Source of the DNA: an uncultured Fimbriiglobus sp.
GTDB taxonomy: Bacteria; Planctomycetota; Planctomycetia; Gemmatales; Gemmataceae
Length of the DNA stretch: 64,000 nucleotides
NCBI GenBank assembly: GCA_964390195.1
Contig: CAYMHO010000007.1
Coordinates: 2,565 to 66,564 of the forward strand
Direction of reading: 5' to 3'
In this document: positions 41,766-51,279 of the stretch, in pieces
Numbering within the stretch: position 1 is the first letter of the stretch
Layout: the number at the start of each line of letters is the position of its first letter
Notes under the pieces: generated by a model
What the model saw: the letters and a program-made list of their open reading frames with translations, nothing else
Told to the model about the DNA's origin: nothing
The model's database searches: none
Translations under genes and position numbers: made by a program

Positions 41766-44228
41766 ATGAACTCCCTCTCGGTCAACCCGTTCACCTCGAC
41801 CTCCCTGCCGGACCCCCTCTGGCTGGCGATCGTCGCCCTCGCCGGGCTGGGGATCGCCGCCCTCACCGTGTGGGCCTACGCCGGGCACCGGCAGGCGACC
41901 CGCGGGCGGCTCATCCTGCTCACCGCCCTGCGACTATTCGCCCTGCTGATCGCACTGTTCACCGCCTGCCGGCCGCACGCCAAAGTGGAGGAGAAGCCGA
42001 ACGTGCCGTCGAGGCTGCTCATCGGTATCGACCTGTCCCGCAGCATGACGGTCACGGATGCGGCCGGCAACACCTCCCGCATCGACTTCGTCCGCAACAC
42101 CCTGAAGACCTGCCAGCCGGCCATCGACGACCTCCGCGACCGGCAGAACTGCGAGGTGATCCTGTACGCCTTCGGGCCGAGCGAGTTCACCGCCGACGCC
42201 GGCAAGTACGACCCGAACGCCCCCGCCGCGGCCGAGCGGTCGGACTACCCGGTGTACCTGCGGCGGACGCTCCAGCAGTGGACGAACGACAAGTACATCC
42301 GCGGGCACATCGTCATCGGCGACGGGGCCGACAACGGCAGCGGGCGGGTGGACGGCAAGCCGCTCTCGCCGGTGGACGCGGCCGCCGAGTGGAAACTGAA
42401 GGGGGTGCCCGTCCACACCGTCGCCGTCGGCGACCCCGGCACCAACCAGACGGCCAAGGACGTGGCCATCGCCGAGGTGGTGCTCGACCCCGACCCGGTG
42501 GCCATCAAGAACAAGTTCACCGTGCGGGCGCGGGTGAACGCGTTCAAGTTCGGCGGCACCACCGTGCCGGTGAAGGTGTGGTTCGACCTGGACGGCAGCG
42601 GGTACGGCAACACCCCGGTGGTGATCGAGAGCCGCCGGCTGGACAAGGAAACCAACAACCTGCTCGAGATCCCGGTGGACGCCCCGCCCGAGTTGCCAAA
42701 GGACAAGAATGGTCAAGAGAGGCGGCAGATCAAGGTGAAGGTGGAGATCCCGAAGGAGGACTGCCCAGGCGACACCAACCCTGCGAACAACGTCGTCGAA
42801 ACGTACCTGAACCTGAACAAGGAAGGGGTGCGGGTGCTGCTGGTGGACCGCTACCGCTACGAGTACGCCCTGCTCATCGACGCCCTGGCGGCCGACAAGC
42901 GGATCGACGTGCGGAAGGTGGACCTGCAGACCGACACCGGGGTCGAAGACCTGCTGCCGGCGTTCGACTTCGACAAGCAGGCGTACGACGTGCTCATCCT
43001 GGGGAACGTGTCGCCGAAGCAACTGCGGGCGATCGACCCGAAACTGCCGGAGAAGATCGCCGAGCGGGTGACGAACAAGGGGATGGGGTTTATGATGCTC
43101 GGCGGGCACGCCACCCTGAACGGCAGCAACACCGAGTGGGGCCGCGAGGTCGGCTGGCGGGGGGTGAAGCCGATCGAGGACGTCCTGCCCGTGACGCTGA
43201 CCGAACCCCCCGCCAAGTCGGACACCGTCGCCCGCTACATGGTGGTGCCCGACGAGCGGTTAGCCGACACCTACCTGAGCAAGATCGCCGACACCCGCGA
43301 GGCGAGCCTGGTGCTGTGGGACCGGCTGAACACGCCGGCGAACAAGTCACGGTTCACCGGCCTCAGTCAGGTGAAGCCGAAGCAGGGGGTGAACACCTAC
43401 CTGTGGGCGAAAAGCGGCGACGCCCAGCCGACCCTGACCGCACTCACGCCCGCCGACAAACAAGAGGCGCTGCTCGTCGGCCAACAACTCGCCACCGGCA
43501 CGGCCAGCCGCGTGCTGGTGTTCGCCGCACAGGACACGTACCTGTGGCAGCGGCTCGGCCAGCCGAAGGCGGCCGACGGCAAGCAGATTCACTCCCGCTT
43601 CTGGCGGCAACTGGTGCTGTGGCTGGCCAAACAGGACCAGGAGGAGTCCAACGCCTTCGCGCGGCCGGAGTTCCCCCGCATCAAGGTGAACGACACCGAG
43701 GGCATCAAGGTGGGGCTGCGGGGGCCGAACGGGGCGGCCGTGACCGAACCGAAGTTCGAGCTGAAGGTCACCGGGCCGGGGTTGCCGGCGGAGGGGCGGA
43801 CGGTGCCGGTCGGGGTCGGGGCGGACGGGTCGCCGCGGGCCGAGTTCATCCCCCGCACGGACGGCGAGTACAGCGTGACGTTGAACGCGACCGGCAAGGT
43901 GGACGGGAACGACGTGACCGGCACCGCCACCGCCAAGTTCCTGGCCGTCCCGGACACGTCCGAGGAGATGCAGCGGACCGCCCCGGACTACGACCAGTTG
44001 AAGTCGATGGCCGCCGCCGGCGGGGGCAAGTTCATGACCATCGACCAGTTGAAGGACTTCCTGAACGAGCTGCGGAGCCAGGAGTATGTGACCGTCAAAC
44101 CGACGAAGAAGGCGATCCCCGACTGGCGGCGGGATCACTCCGGCTGGTTCCTGCCGCTGTGGATGCTGCTGTTCGCCTTCATCCTGGGGGCCGAGTGGGG
44201 CCTGCGGCGGTGGTGGGGGCTAGTGTGA
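41766..44228 (+). CDS. BatA-like membrane protein with N-terminal double-TM and VWA-like domains
   Basis: N-terminal LWLAIVALAGLGIAALTVW and LILLTALRLFALLIALF helices, then LLIGIDLSRSM (VWA MIDAS-like). C-terminal TM. Confidence 0.65.
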   Translation: MNSLSVNPFTSTSLPDPLWLAIVALAGLGIAALTVWAYAGHRQATRGRLILLTALRLFALLIALFTACRPHAKVEEKPNVPSRLLIGIDLSRSMTVTDAAGNTSRIDFVRNTLKTCQPAIDDLRDRQNCEVILYAFGPSEFTADAGKYDPNAPAAAERSDYPVYLRRTLQQWTNDKYIRGHIVIGDGADNGSGRVDGKPLSPVDAAAEWKLKGVPVHTVAVGDPGTNQTAKDVAIAEVVLDPDPVAIKNKFTVRARVNAFKFGGTTVPVKVWFDLDGSGYGNTPVVIESRRLDKETNNLLEIPVDAPPELPKDKNGQERRQIKVKVEIPKEDCPGDTNPANNVVETYLNLNKEGVRVLLVDRYRYEYALLIDALAADKRIDVRKVDLQTDTGVEDLLPAFDFDKQAYDVLILGNVSPKQLRAIDPKLPEKIAERVTNKGMGFMMLGGHATLNGSNTEWGREVGWRGVKPIEDVLPVTLTEPPAKSDTVARYMVVPDERLADTYLSKIADTREASLVLWDRLNTPANKSRFTGLSQVKPKQGVNTYLWAKSGDAQPTLTALTPADKQEALLVGQQLATGTASRVLVFAAQDTYLWQRLGQPKAADGKQIHSRFWRQLVLWLAKQDQEESNAFARPEFPRIKVNDTEGIKVGLRGPNGAAVTEPKFELKVTGPGLPAEGRTVPVGVGADGSPRAEFIPRTDGEYSVTLNATGKVDGNDVTGTATAKFLAVPDTSEEMQRTAPDYDQLKSMAAAGGGKFMTIDQLKDFLNELRSQEYVTVKPTKKAIPDWRRDHSGWFLPLWMLLFAFILGAEWGLRRWWGLV

Positions 44229-44575
44229 TCGTGGTCTGCTCGCCCCGCGAGTGCCGAGCCACCCGGCCGAGAGAACGTGACCGGCACTCGAGCGGTCCAC
44301 CTGTCGGCCCGACGCGCCAGCGGTTTTCAAGGGTGCCGTTAGGGGTTTGTGGTGAGCGAGTGGGCGAGGCGGTGCGACAGGAGTACGCCAAGCGGCAGCC
44401 GTGGGTGATCGCCGCCGTCCTCCTGTGGGCGGCCGCCCGCCTCCGCCGGCGACTTACGGCCGGGCGTTTGACCCCCAGAACCGCTCGGACGCTTTCCCCG
44501 CCGACTTGGCCATCGCGGGGCGGGCGGCTACCATGCCCGCGGGCCCCCCACCCTCCGCTCTCCGGAGTGCTGCCG

Positions 44576-44791
44576 ATGACCCCCACGTCCGACCCCGACC
44601 GCTGGCGGAACATGGACGGCACGGAACGCCCACCGGCGGGGGCGGTGTGCGAGCTGCTCCTGCCGGGCGGCGAGGTGATTCCCGGGGCGGTGTACGACCC
44701 GGAGCTCCGCAACTGGCGGTTCGAGGTGCCACCGCACCTGCGGACCAGCACCCTGTACCTGTCCGGCTGGCGGCCGGCCCGCCCGAGTTGA
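44576..44791 (+). CDS. small hypothetical protein (weak)
   Basis: 71 aa from ATG 44576. The start could lie further upstream in the same frame. Confidence 0.3.
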   Translation: MTPTSDPDRWRNMDGTERPPAGAVCELLLPGGEVIPGAVYDPELRNWRFEVPPHLRTSTLYLSGWRPARPS

Positions 44792-44801
44792 CTGGTGGCG
44801 G

Positions 44802-46856
44802 GTGGGGCGACTCGCCGGAACGCGGCCGGCCCGTATCTCTTCTCCGGCCCCTCCACCCACGACGCCACCCGCCGTGTCCGCCCCGCCGCACGACCTCGTC
44901 GCCGCCCTCCGCCGGCTCATCACCCACAGGCTCACCCGCGTGTCGGTGTGCTGGCTCCTGTGCCTGGGGCTGGGCGCCCAGCGGTGGCAACACGCCTACC
45001 ACTCGTTCGACACCCCGTGGCTGACCGAGGACGTGCCCGCCGCCGACCGCGCCGACCCGACCGGGCGGGAGGCGGCCCGGTCGCAGTCGTCGAACGAGAG
45101 CGTGTCGCTGTCCGAATACCGCCGCGCGCGGGGGGACGGGAACAACGGGCACACCTGGATCGACTTCGGCGGGCAGTACGTGTTCGGCCGCACCGCCGCC
45201 ACCGGCCACTGGCGGGAGCTGTACCACCGCGACACCCTCCGCCGCACCGCCGACGCCGCCTACCCGCTGCACCTGCAACCGCGGTCGGTGCAGATGTACC
45301 ACGACTACAAGGGCGAGAAGCCGACCGACCTGAAGTGGGAGGAGATGACCCCGGACGCCGGCCGGCTGCTCCAGAGCATGGTGAACGACGCCGACGAGAA
45401 CGAGCGGAACTCGCGGCTGAGTAGCGTGGTGGGGGCGGCCTTTTCCGGCGGGTCGGGCAACCCGTTCGCGGCCGCCGCGGGGGCGGCGGTGGCCGAGGAG
45501 CGGATCGAGGCCGACCGGGTGGACCCGAAGCCGCTGCTCGGCAAGCCGCTGCTCGGCGGGCCGCTGTACCCGCCGGTCCACGCCATCCTGTACGCCCCGC
45601 TCGGGATGATCCCCGACTCGCAGTTGGCGTACCGCCTGTTCCAGTTGCTGAGCGTGATAGCGGTGTTCGCCAGCGGGCTGGCGGTGCGGGCGATCAGCCA
45701 GGGGCGGGTGTGGTGGTCGGTGGCGACGATCACGCTGTTCCTGCTGCCGGGCATGCGGGCCGGGCTGGACCTGGGGCAGAACCACGCCATCACCCTGAGC
45801 ATCGTGCTGATCGGGTGGGCGGTGGCGGCGCGGGCGAGCGAGTTCGGCGGGGGGATGGTGTGGGGGCTGCTGGCGTTCAAGCCGGTGTGGGGGCTGGCGT
45901 TCATCCTCGCCCCGCTCCTGCTCGGCCGGTGGCGGTTCGTGGCCGGCACCGCCGTGGTCGGGTGCGGGTTGTGTGCCGCCACCCTACCGATGGTGGGGGT
46001 GGAGGGGTGGGTCGAGTGGTTTAAGGTCGGACTCTCGGCGAACAAGACCTACAACACGGACGAAAACTGGATCAACCTGAGCCGCGACCTGTCCGGCATC
46101 CCGAAGCGGCTGCTCATCGACTTCAGCAAGCCGCGGCCGGAGGGCGGAGAGCTGTGGATCAACGCCGTCGGCATGAGCCTCCAGGTGGGCGTCGGGCTGC
46201 TGACGATCGTGATCGGGGTGGGGGCCGGACGGTGGAAGTGGCTGCTCCATGGCGGGCCGTTCCCGCGGCTGTGGCGGGTGCAGCAGTGGTTCAAGGGGAC
46301 GGCGGCGGCGGCGTACCTGCTCCGCGGGTACGGCACCGGCTATGTGGGGTTGCGGGCGGCGTTCGTGCTGCTGGGTGGGTACCTGACCTGCATCAAGTTC
46401 ATGTACTACGACTCGGTGCTGACCGGGCTGGGGCTGGCGGCGCTGCTGGCGTACCCGCGGTGGCAACTGGCCGGCTGGCGGGCGGAACTGCGGCAACTCG
46501 CCCAGTCGCCGACCGCCCGCCGCACATTCTTGTTCGTCAGTTCGGTGCCGCTCACCCTGCTGGTGCTGCTTCTGCTCACCGACAACGCCTTCCTGTATTG
46601 CGGCCAGCAGGTGACTCTGGCGAACGACCACTTCCTGAAGGACATCCCCGACCCGTCCGGGGCGACGCACACACAGAAGGCCGACGACGGCACCCCGACG
46701 ACCAGCGTCAAAACGGTGCAGACTACCCGCCAGTTGAAAATGCGGTTCGACTACAACCACCCGGTCGAGACGTACCTGGTGGTGGTCCTGTGGGGGTGGT
46801 GCGGGTGGCGGCTGCTCCGCAACGGCGACCGCGAACGGCACCCGCCGCCGACATAG
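44802..46856 (+). CDS. polytopic membrane protein, GT87/DUF2029-like glycosyltransferase candidate
   Basis: GTG start. Many TM helices. GPLYPPVHAILYAPLG motif resembles DUF2029. Confidence 0.55.
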   Translation: MGRLAGTRPARISSPAPPPTTPPAVSAPPHDLVAALRRLITHRLTRVSVCWLLCLGLGAQRWQHAYHSFDTPWLTEDVPAADRADPTGREAARSQSSNESVSLSEYRRARGDGNNGHTWIDFGGQYVFGRTAATGHWRELYHRDTLRRTADAAYPLHLQPRSVQMYHDYKGEKPTDLKWEEMTPDAGRLLQSMVNDADENERNSRLSSVVGAAFSGGSGNPFAAAAGAAVAEERIEADRVDPKPLLGKPLLGGPLYPPVHAILYAPLGMIPDSQLAYRLFQLLSVIAVFASGLAVRAISQGRVWWSVATITLFLLPGMRAGLDLGQNHAITLSIVLIGWAVAARASEFGGGMVWGLLAFKPVWGLAFILAPLLLGRWRFVAGTAVVGCGLCAATLPMVGVEGWVEWFKVGLSANKTYNTDENWINLSRDLSGIPKRLLIDFSKPRPEGGELWINAVGMSLQVGVGLLTIVIGVGAGRWKWLLHGGPFPRLWRVQQWFKGTAAAAYLLRGYGTGYVGLRAAFVLLGGYLTCIKFMYYDSVLTGLGLAALLAYPRWQLAGWRAELRQLAQSPTARRTFLFVSSVPLTLLVLLLLTDNAFLYCGQQVTLANDHFLKDIPDPSGATHTQKADDGTPTTSVKTVQTTRQLKMRFDYNHPVETYLVVVLWGWCGWRLLRNGDRERHPPPT

Positions 46857-46876
46857 ATGCGACCGGCCTCTCCCGG

Positions 46877-47107
46877 TCAGGCGGCCACCCGCACCCGCAC
46901 CGGGCCGACGACGACGTCGTGCGGGGCGGTGCTGGCGGCCAGGCTGTTCAGCTCCCGCTGGGCCTGCTCCAGCACCATCGCCACGATGCTGTCGGCGCCG
47001 AGCTGGCGGGACAGGCTGCCGACCGCCTCGGCCGCCCACCGGGCTTCGACCGGGTCGATCACTGGTACATCGGACATGACGGCGACAGGCTGTTTGCGAA
47101 CACGCAT
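46877..47107 (-). CDS. small hypothetical protein
   Basis: 76 aa. ATG 47107 is preceded by GGAGG. Confidence 0.4.
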   Translation of the reverse strand: MRVRKQPVAVMSDVPVIDPVEARWAAEAVGSLSRQLGADSIVAMVLEQAQRELNSLAASTAPHDVVVGPVRVRVAA

Positions 47108-47184
47108 GGTCCTGAACCTCCTTGTTCGGGATAAGCGGCGATTATCAGGGGGCGAACGGCGGGAGGCAAGACCAACGGGAAAGG

Positions 47185-47254
47185 AGCAAGGAGCAAGTGT
47201 CAATGAGCAAGGGAAGACCCCACCCGCTGTCTCTGTCCTCACTTGCTCCTTGCT
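47185..47254. repeat. 15-bp-stem hairpin with 40-nt loop (outer gggagg/cctccc extension 47161-47262)
   Basis: agcaaggagcaagtg (47185-47199) pairs with cacttgctccttgct (47240-47254). Confidence 0.6.
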
Positions 47255-47266
47255 ACCTCCCACTTG

Positions 47267-48523
47267 TTACTTCGGACGGACGTCCGACGCGACCACCACC
47301 GGGTCGCCCCGCAGGCTGTCCGGGCGGATCTCGCTGCCCGTCACCTCCACCCACTTGCCGACGTGCCTGTCCAGGTCGGCCCCGCCGGAGATGACGTAGT
47401 GGCGGACCACCCGCTTCTCGTCGGCCAGCAGGTAGACCGTCCACTTGCCGTCGAGCAGGAACGGCTTGCCCGTGCGGGACGGCTGGCCCTTGTCGTCCAC
47501 CCGGCTGTCGAGGAGCAACCCGCTCACCACTTTCCCGCGGTCGGCGGCCTTCGGCGGGTCGGCCTTCACCGCCGGCGGGTCCGGAGGCCGCCACCCGGAG
47601 TTACCCGGGTTGACGTCCGCCGGCTTGGCCCCGAGGCCGTTGTAAATGCGGTCGTAGCACAGGTTGGCCAGCTCCAAATCCTGACCGGCCCCGTCGCGGC
47701 TCACCTCCTGGGCCAACTTGGTGTACAGCTCGCGGGCCAGTTTGGTGTCGCCACCCAGGCGGGCCTTTTCGGCCTCCCGCCACTGCGGGTGGTTGTTCGG
47801 CCAGTCGGCCGGCTTGGCCGCGCCGGGCGTCACCGGGAACTGCGGGCGGTCGCCGTTCGGCACGTTCAGCACGAAGTCCCCGCCGCTCCTGGCCGGTGTG
47901 CCGGCCTCGGGAGTGGTGCCCGGCAGCGGCTTGCTGCCGGTCGCTCCCGCCTTCACCACGAACGACGGGGCGGGGGCGGCCCCGGCCCACTCGACGGCGT
48001 CCCGGCGGACGTACCGCACGTCCTCCTTCGGGGCGATGATCGGGTACCAGTTCGTCTCCAGGTCATCGCCGTCCGCCTTCACCTTCACCCGCGGGCCGAC
48101 CACCTGCACGATGGTCCCCTTCGGCAGTTTGGTCTTCTGCACGCCGAGCGGCTTGGAGTCGTTCACCGCCCCAGGGCGGATGGCCGCCCCGTCGTCGGGC
48201 GTCACCACCGCGTTGAACCGCGGGGGCAGTTTGCCGTCCGGGCCGGGCGTGGCCTGCGGCTCGACGAGCGTCCACGGGACCCAACTGATCGACCCGATCG
48301 GCGGCTGCACGGCCAGCCAGTCGTTGCCCTCGGCGGCGGTGACGGTGACGAGCGCGCCGGCCTCCAGCTTGCCCGTCTCGGGGGTGTGTTCGCCGGCCGC
48401 CCCGCGGACGCTGGCGGCCTTCCCCTTCACCTTCGCCAGGGCGGGGAAGGTCTGGGCGACGGCCGACCCGCCGAGCAGGGCGACGGCGAACAGCACCAAC
48501 GGGGCGCGAACCACGGGCCGCAT
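47267..48523 (-). CDS. secreted protein with SH3b-like domain
   Basis: Signal peptide MRPVVRAPLVLFAVALLGGSAVA. The VRGAAGEH..GKLEAGALVTVTAAEGNDWLAV pattern is SH3b-like. Confidence 0.6.
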   Translation of the reverse strand: MRPVVRAPLVLFAVALLGGSAVAQTFPALAKVKGKAASVRGAAGEHTPETGKLEAGALVTVTAAEGNDWLAVQPPIGSISWVPWTLVEPQATPGPDGKLPPRFNAVVTPDDGAAIRPGAVNDSKPLGVQKTKLPKGTIVQVVGPRVKVKADGDDLETNWYPIIAPKEDVRYVRRDAVEWAGAAPAPSFVVKAGATGSKPLPGTTPEAGTPARSGGDFVLNVPNGDRPQFPVTPGAAKPADWPNNHPQWREAEKARLGGDTKLARELYTKLAQEVSRDGAGQDLELANLCYDRIYNGLGAKPADVNPGNSGWRPPDPPAVKADPPKAADRGKVVSGLLLDSRVDDKGQPSRTGKPFLLDGKWTVYLLADEKRVVRHYVISGGADLDRHVGKWVEVTGSEIRPDSLRGDPVVVASDVRPK

Positions 48524-48688
48524 GGGGTCGCCCTCCGCGGGCGGGTGAAGCAACGGAACGAGGCGGATGAATGCGGCGGTATACCCGCGGCGGAGGGGAG
48601 ATCAAGGCGAGGTGCGGACGGGTGCGGCGGGGGGGCAGTGAAGACTGGGAAGGCGGGGTCGACGGGTCAAGGGGTGAGGGGAAAAGCT

Positions 48689-48746
48689 GTTCGCCGCGAG
48701 CCGTGCGAACGGGGGTTTGTCCCCGCTCGCACGGCTCGCGGCGAAC
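48689..48746 (-). terminator. 26-bp-stem hairpin terminator
   Basis: Arms 48689-48714 and 48721-48746 with one mismatch and a 6-nt loop. On the minus strand it is followed by agctttt. Lies 19 nt downstream of the stop at 48765. Confidence 0.7.
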
Positions 48747-48764
48747 ACGCCGTCGCGGTGCGGG

Positions 48765-49487
48765 TTAGTTGTCCCGCCGCATCGGCCGCGGCTGCAGTTT
48801 GGCCAGGTCGAACGCCGGGCCGGTCAGCTCGGTCCACGCCTTCTTCTGGTCGTCGGTCAGTTCCTTCTTCGCCTTCTCCATCGTGTCGGCGGTCAGGGCG
48901 GAGGCCTTCTTGTTGTACTCGGCCATCTTCTCGGCGTCGATCATCGGGCGACCGCCGCCCGGCGCGCCGCCTAGGCCGTACTCCTTCTGCAGGTCGGCGC
49001 GGGCCTTCGTCATCTCTTCCGTCAGCGTCTTCAGTTTGGCCTTCTGGTCGTCGGTGAACTTCATCGCCTTCACCACGTCCTCGTTGGCGAACGCGGCGAA
49101 CCCCATCCGCTGCACGTCGATCTGCTTGATCCGCTTCTTCTGGTCGTCGGTGAACGCCTTGTCGGTGGCCGTCTTGGCCTCCTCGGCCAGCTTGGTGGCG
49201 GCCGTCTGCAGCTCCTGCATCTTCTCGCGGTCGAACTGCCCGCCGCTGAACGCCTCCTGCCGCTTCTTGGCGATGTCGGTCGCCTTTTCCATCACCTCTT
49301 TCAGCGCCTTCTTCTGGTCGTCGGTGACCTTCAGGTCCTTCTGCAGGTCTTCGTTCGTCAGGGCGAGCATGTGCAGCGGCTGCTGCAGGCCCCGGCCACC
49401 ACCGCCCGGCTGCGGCCGTTGGGCCTGGGCCGAACCGACCGCCACCACAGCCACCGTCAGGGCGGCCACCGTCTGCCAGCGCTTCAT
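48765..49487 (-). CDS. periplasmic Spy/CpxP-like repeat protein
   Basis: Signal peptide MKRWQTVAALTVAVVAVGSAQA. Four (V/F/L)TDDQK(K/A) helical repeats. Confidence 0.6.
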   Translation of the reverse strand: MKRWQTVAALTVAVVAVGSAQAQRPQPGGGGRGLQQPLHMLALTNEDLQKDLKVTDDQKKALKEVMEKATDIAKKRQEAFSGGQFDREKMQELQTAATKLAEEAKTATDKAFTDDQKKRIKQIDVQRMGFAAFANEDVVKAMKFTDDQKAKLKTLTEEMTKARADLQKEYGLGGAPGGGRPMIDAEKMAEYNKKASALTADTMEKAKKELTDDQKKAWTELTGPAFDLAKLQPRPMRRDN

Positions 49488-49601
49488 CGTCTGCTCCTGC
49501 GCGGGAGGGAACGGAGCCGGCCGCCACACGCGACCGCGCCCCGAGGGGGTCCGGCGGAATCTTCGGCCGCGGGCGATGAGAGTGGGATGAGAAGGCGGAC
49601 G

Positions 49602-49668
49602 CCAAAGTAGTAGGCACACTCCGTGTGCCGTTCCGAACACGGCACACGGAGTGTGCCTACTACTTTGG
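49602..49668. repeat. perfect 29-30-bp-stem hairpin
   Basis: ccaaagtagtaggcacactccgtgtgccg (49602-49630) is the exact reverse complement of 49640-49668. Loop 7-9 nt. Confidence 0.85.
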
Positions 49669-49673
49669 GCGGC

Positions 49674-51191
49674 TCAGTTGCCGCGGCCGGTGACCGGGAT
49701 GCGGATCAACTGCCCGGTGCCCTTCACCCGCAGCACCACCGCGCTGCCGGGGCGGATCTCCCCGCCGCCCACGTCCTTGCTCATCCGCAGGGTGATCGTC
49801 CAGGTGGTGCGGTCGCCCTGGCGGACCGGCTTCAGGTCGGGGTCGAGTTTCAGGTACCGCGGCTCGGTCAGTTCGGGCGCGGCCTCCAGTTCGATGCCCG
49901 GCGTGTCCGACTCCAAGGTGACCGCCCGCTCCAGTTCCCCCTTGGTGCCGAACGTGCCCAGGTCGATCTTGTCGTCCTTCACGTTCTTAGTCCCGGCCAG
50001 CCGCACCGCCCCGAGCAGGTGCGCCTTCACCGTCACCGTCGGCGTCTTGGTGAGGGTGAACCCGCGGCCGTCCGGGGGGAGGGCAACCCCGCGGTCGAAC
50101 GGCCCCAGGTCGGCCTCGTACCGCTTGCCGTTCTCGGTGACCACGCGGGTGAACCGCAGGGTGGTCTTATACGCCCCCGTCACCCGCACCGGCGGGCCGG
50201 CCGACTTGTCCGCCGGCGACATGCGGGCGGCCAGGGCGGTCAGTTCGTCCGGGGTGACCGGCACCGGCGGGTCGAAGGTCAGGTGCCGCACGCGGGGGGT
50301 GATGTCCGGCTTCGGGAGCGGGGCGAGCGTGCCGTCGGCCGGCCCGCCGACGGTGCGGGTGTGCGACCAGTAGTACACCGTCGCCTCGCGGGTGTTCTCG
50401 TCGGCCGACACGGTCTTGAAGTCGATCACCGGCGGGTACACGTCGCACGGCTCGACCGGGGCGACGACGGCGTACAGCTTCAACGGGATGGCCACCGGCG
50501 AGTCCGGCCGCTGGCAGTTGAAGTGCGTCTCCAACGTCTTGGCGGCAGTCACCTTGATGTTCAGCCGGATGACCGCCCACACCGGCTTGTCGGCGGTCGC
50601 GGCGGGGATCTCGACCGACTGCCTGACGTTGGCGACCTCCCGGTCCGACCCCGGCGGCTTGAGCCGCTGCCACTGGTCCGGGGGGATGGCGTCCTCGACC
50701 TTCTTGCGGGCGCGGTAGGCGACGTCGTTCAGGCCGAACGGCGGTTCCACCTCGCCCTGTGCGTTCTGCCCGCCGCTCTGCCCGACGATCCCCCCGGCCA
50801 CCGCCGCGAACGGGCTGGGGTCGTCGTCTTCCGGGTCGAACGGCAGCGGCGGGACGACGGCGAACTCGGCGAGCGAGCAGGCGGTGCAACTGGTGTACAC
50901 GAAGCTGACGGTGAACGGCACGGGGTGGATGTTCTTCACCCAGAACGACACCGTGTGTTCGCCCGTCTCGTAGTACTGCTGGTGCCCGCGGAACTCGGCC
51001 CGGGCGGAGGTCGGTTCGTACCGCATGGCCATCATGGACGGGGTCAGCCCGCCCTTCACCTCTTCGACCCCACCACCTCCGCCCCCGTCGTCGCTGTTCG
51101 ACGGCTTGGCCAACTGGGACAGCATGGTGGCGACGAACACCAGCACCACGAGGGCGACAACCGCGATGCCGATCTTGGCGTTCGTACTCAT
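49674..51191 (-). CDS. membrane-anchored hypothetical protein (Ig-like, DUF1573-like repeats, tentative)
   Basis: N-terminal anchor IGIAVVALVVLVFVATML. 505 aa, beta-rich. Confidence 0.65.
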   Translation of the reverse strand: MSTNAKIGIAVVALVVLVFVATMLSQLAKPSNSDDGGGGGGVEEVKGGLTPSMMAMRYEPTSARAEFRGHQQYYETGEHTVSFWVKNIHPVPFTVSFVYTSCTACSLAEFAVVPPLPFDPEDDDPSPFAAVAGGIVGQSGGQNAQGEVEPPFGLNDVAYRARKKVEDAIPPDQWQRLKPPGSDREVANVRQSVEIPAATADKPVWAVIRLNIKVTAAKTLETHFNCQRPDSPVAIPLKLYAVVAPVEPCDVYPPVIDFKTVSADENTREATVYYWSHTRTVGGPADGTLAPLPKPDITPRVRHLTFDPPVPVTPDELTALAARMSPADKSAGPPVRVTGAYKTTLRFTRVVTENGKRYEADLGPFDRGVALPPDGRGFTLTKTPTVTVKAHLLGAVRLAGTKNVKDDKIDLGTFGTKGELERAVTLESDTPGIELEAAPELTEPRYLKLDPDLKPVRQGDRTTWTITLRMSKDVGGGEIRPGSAVVLRVKGTGQLIRIPVTGRGN

Positions 51192-51279
51192 GGCCGGGGC
51201 AACCGTGGGGGCGGAGTCGGGGCGGGGGTTCGTCTAGGTGTGACTACGACGGATGCGGGGCCGGTGTTCGGGAGAAGGG

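Noticed and set aside
41870-44791. 973-aa ORF overlapping the BatA-like gene in another frame
   Set aside because: Extremely Arg/Gly/Pro/Ala-rich with no motifs. The alternative frame (41766-44228) has TM helices, a VWA-like motif and normal composition.
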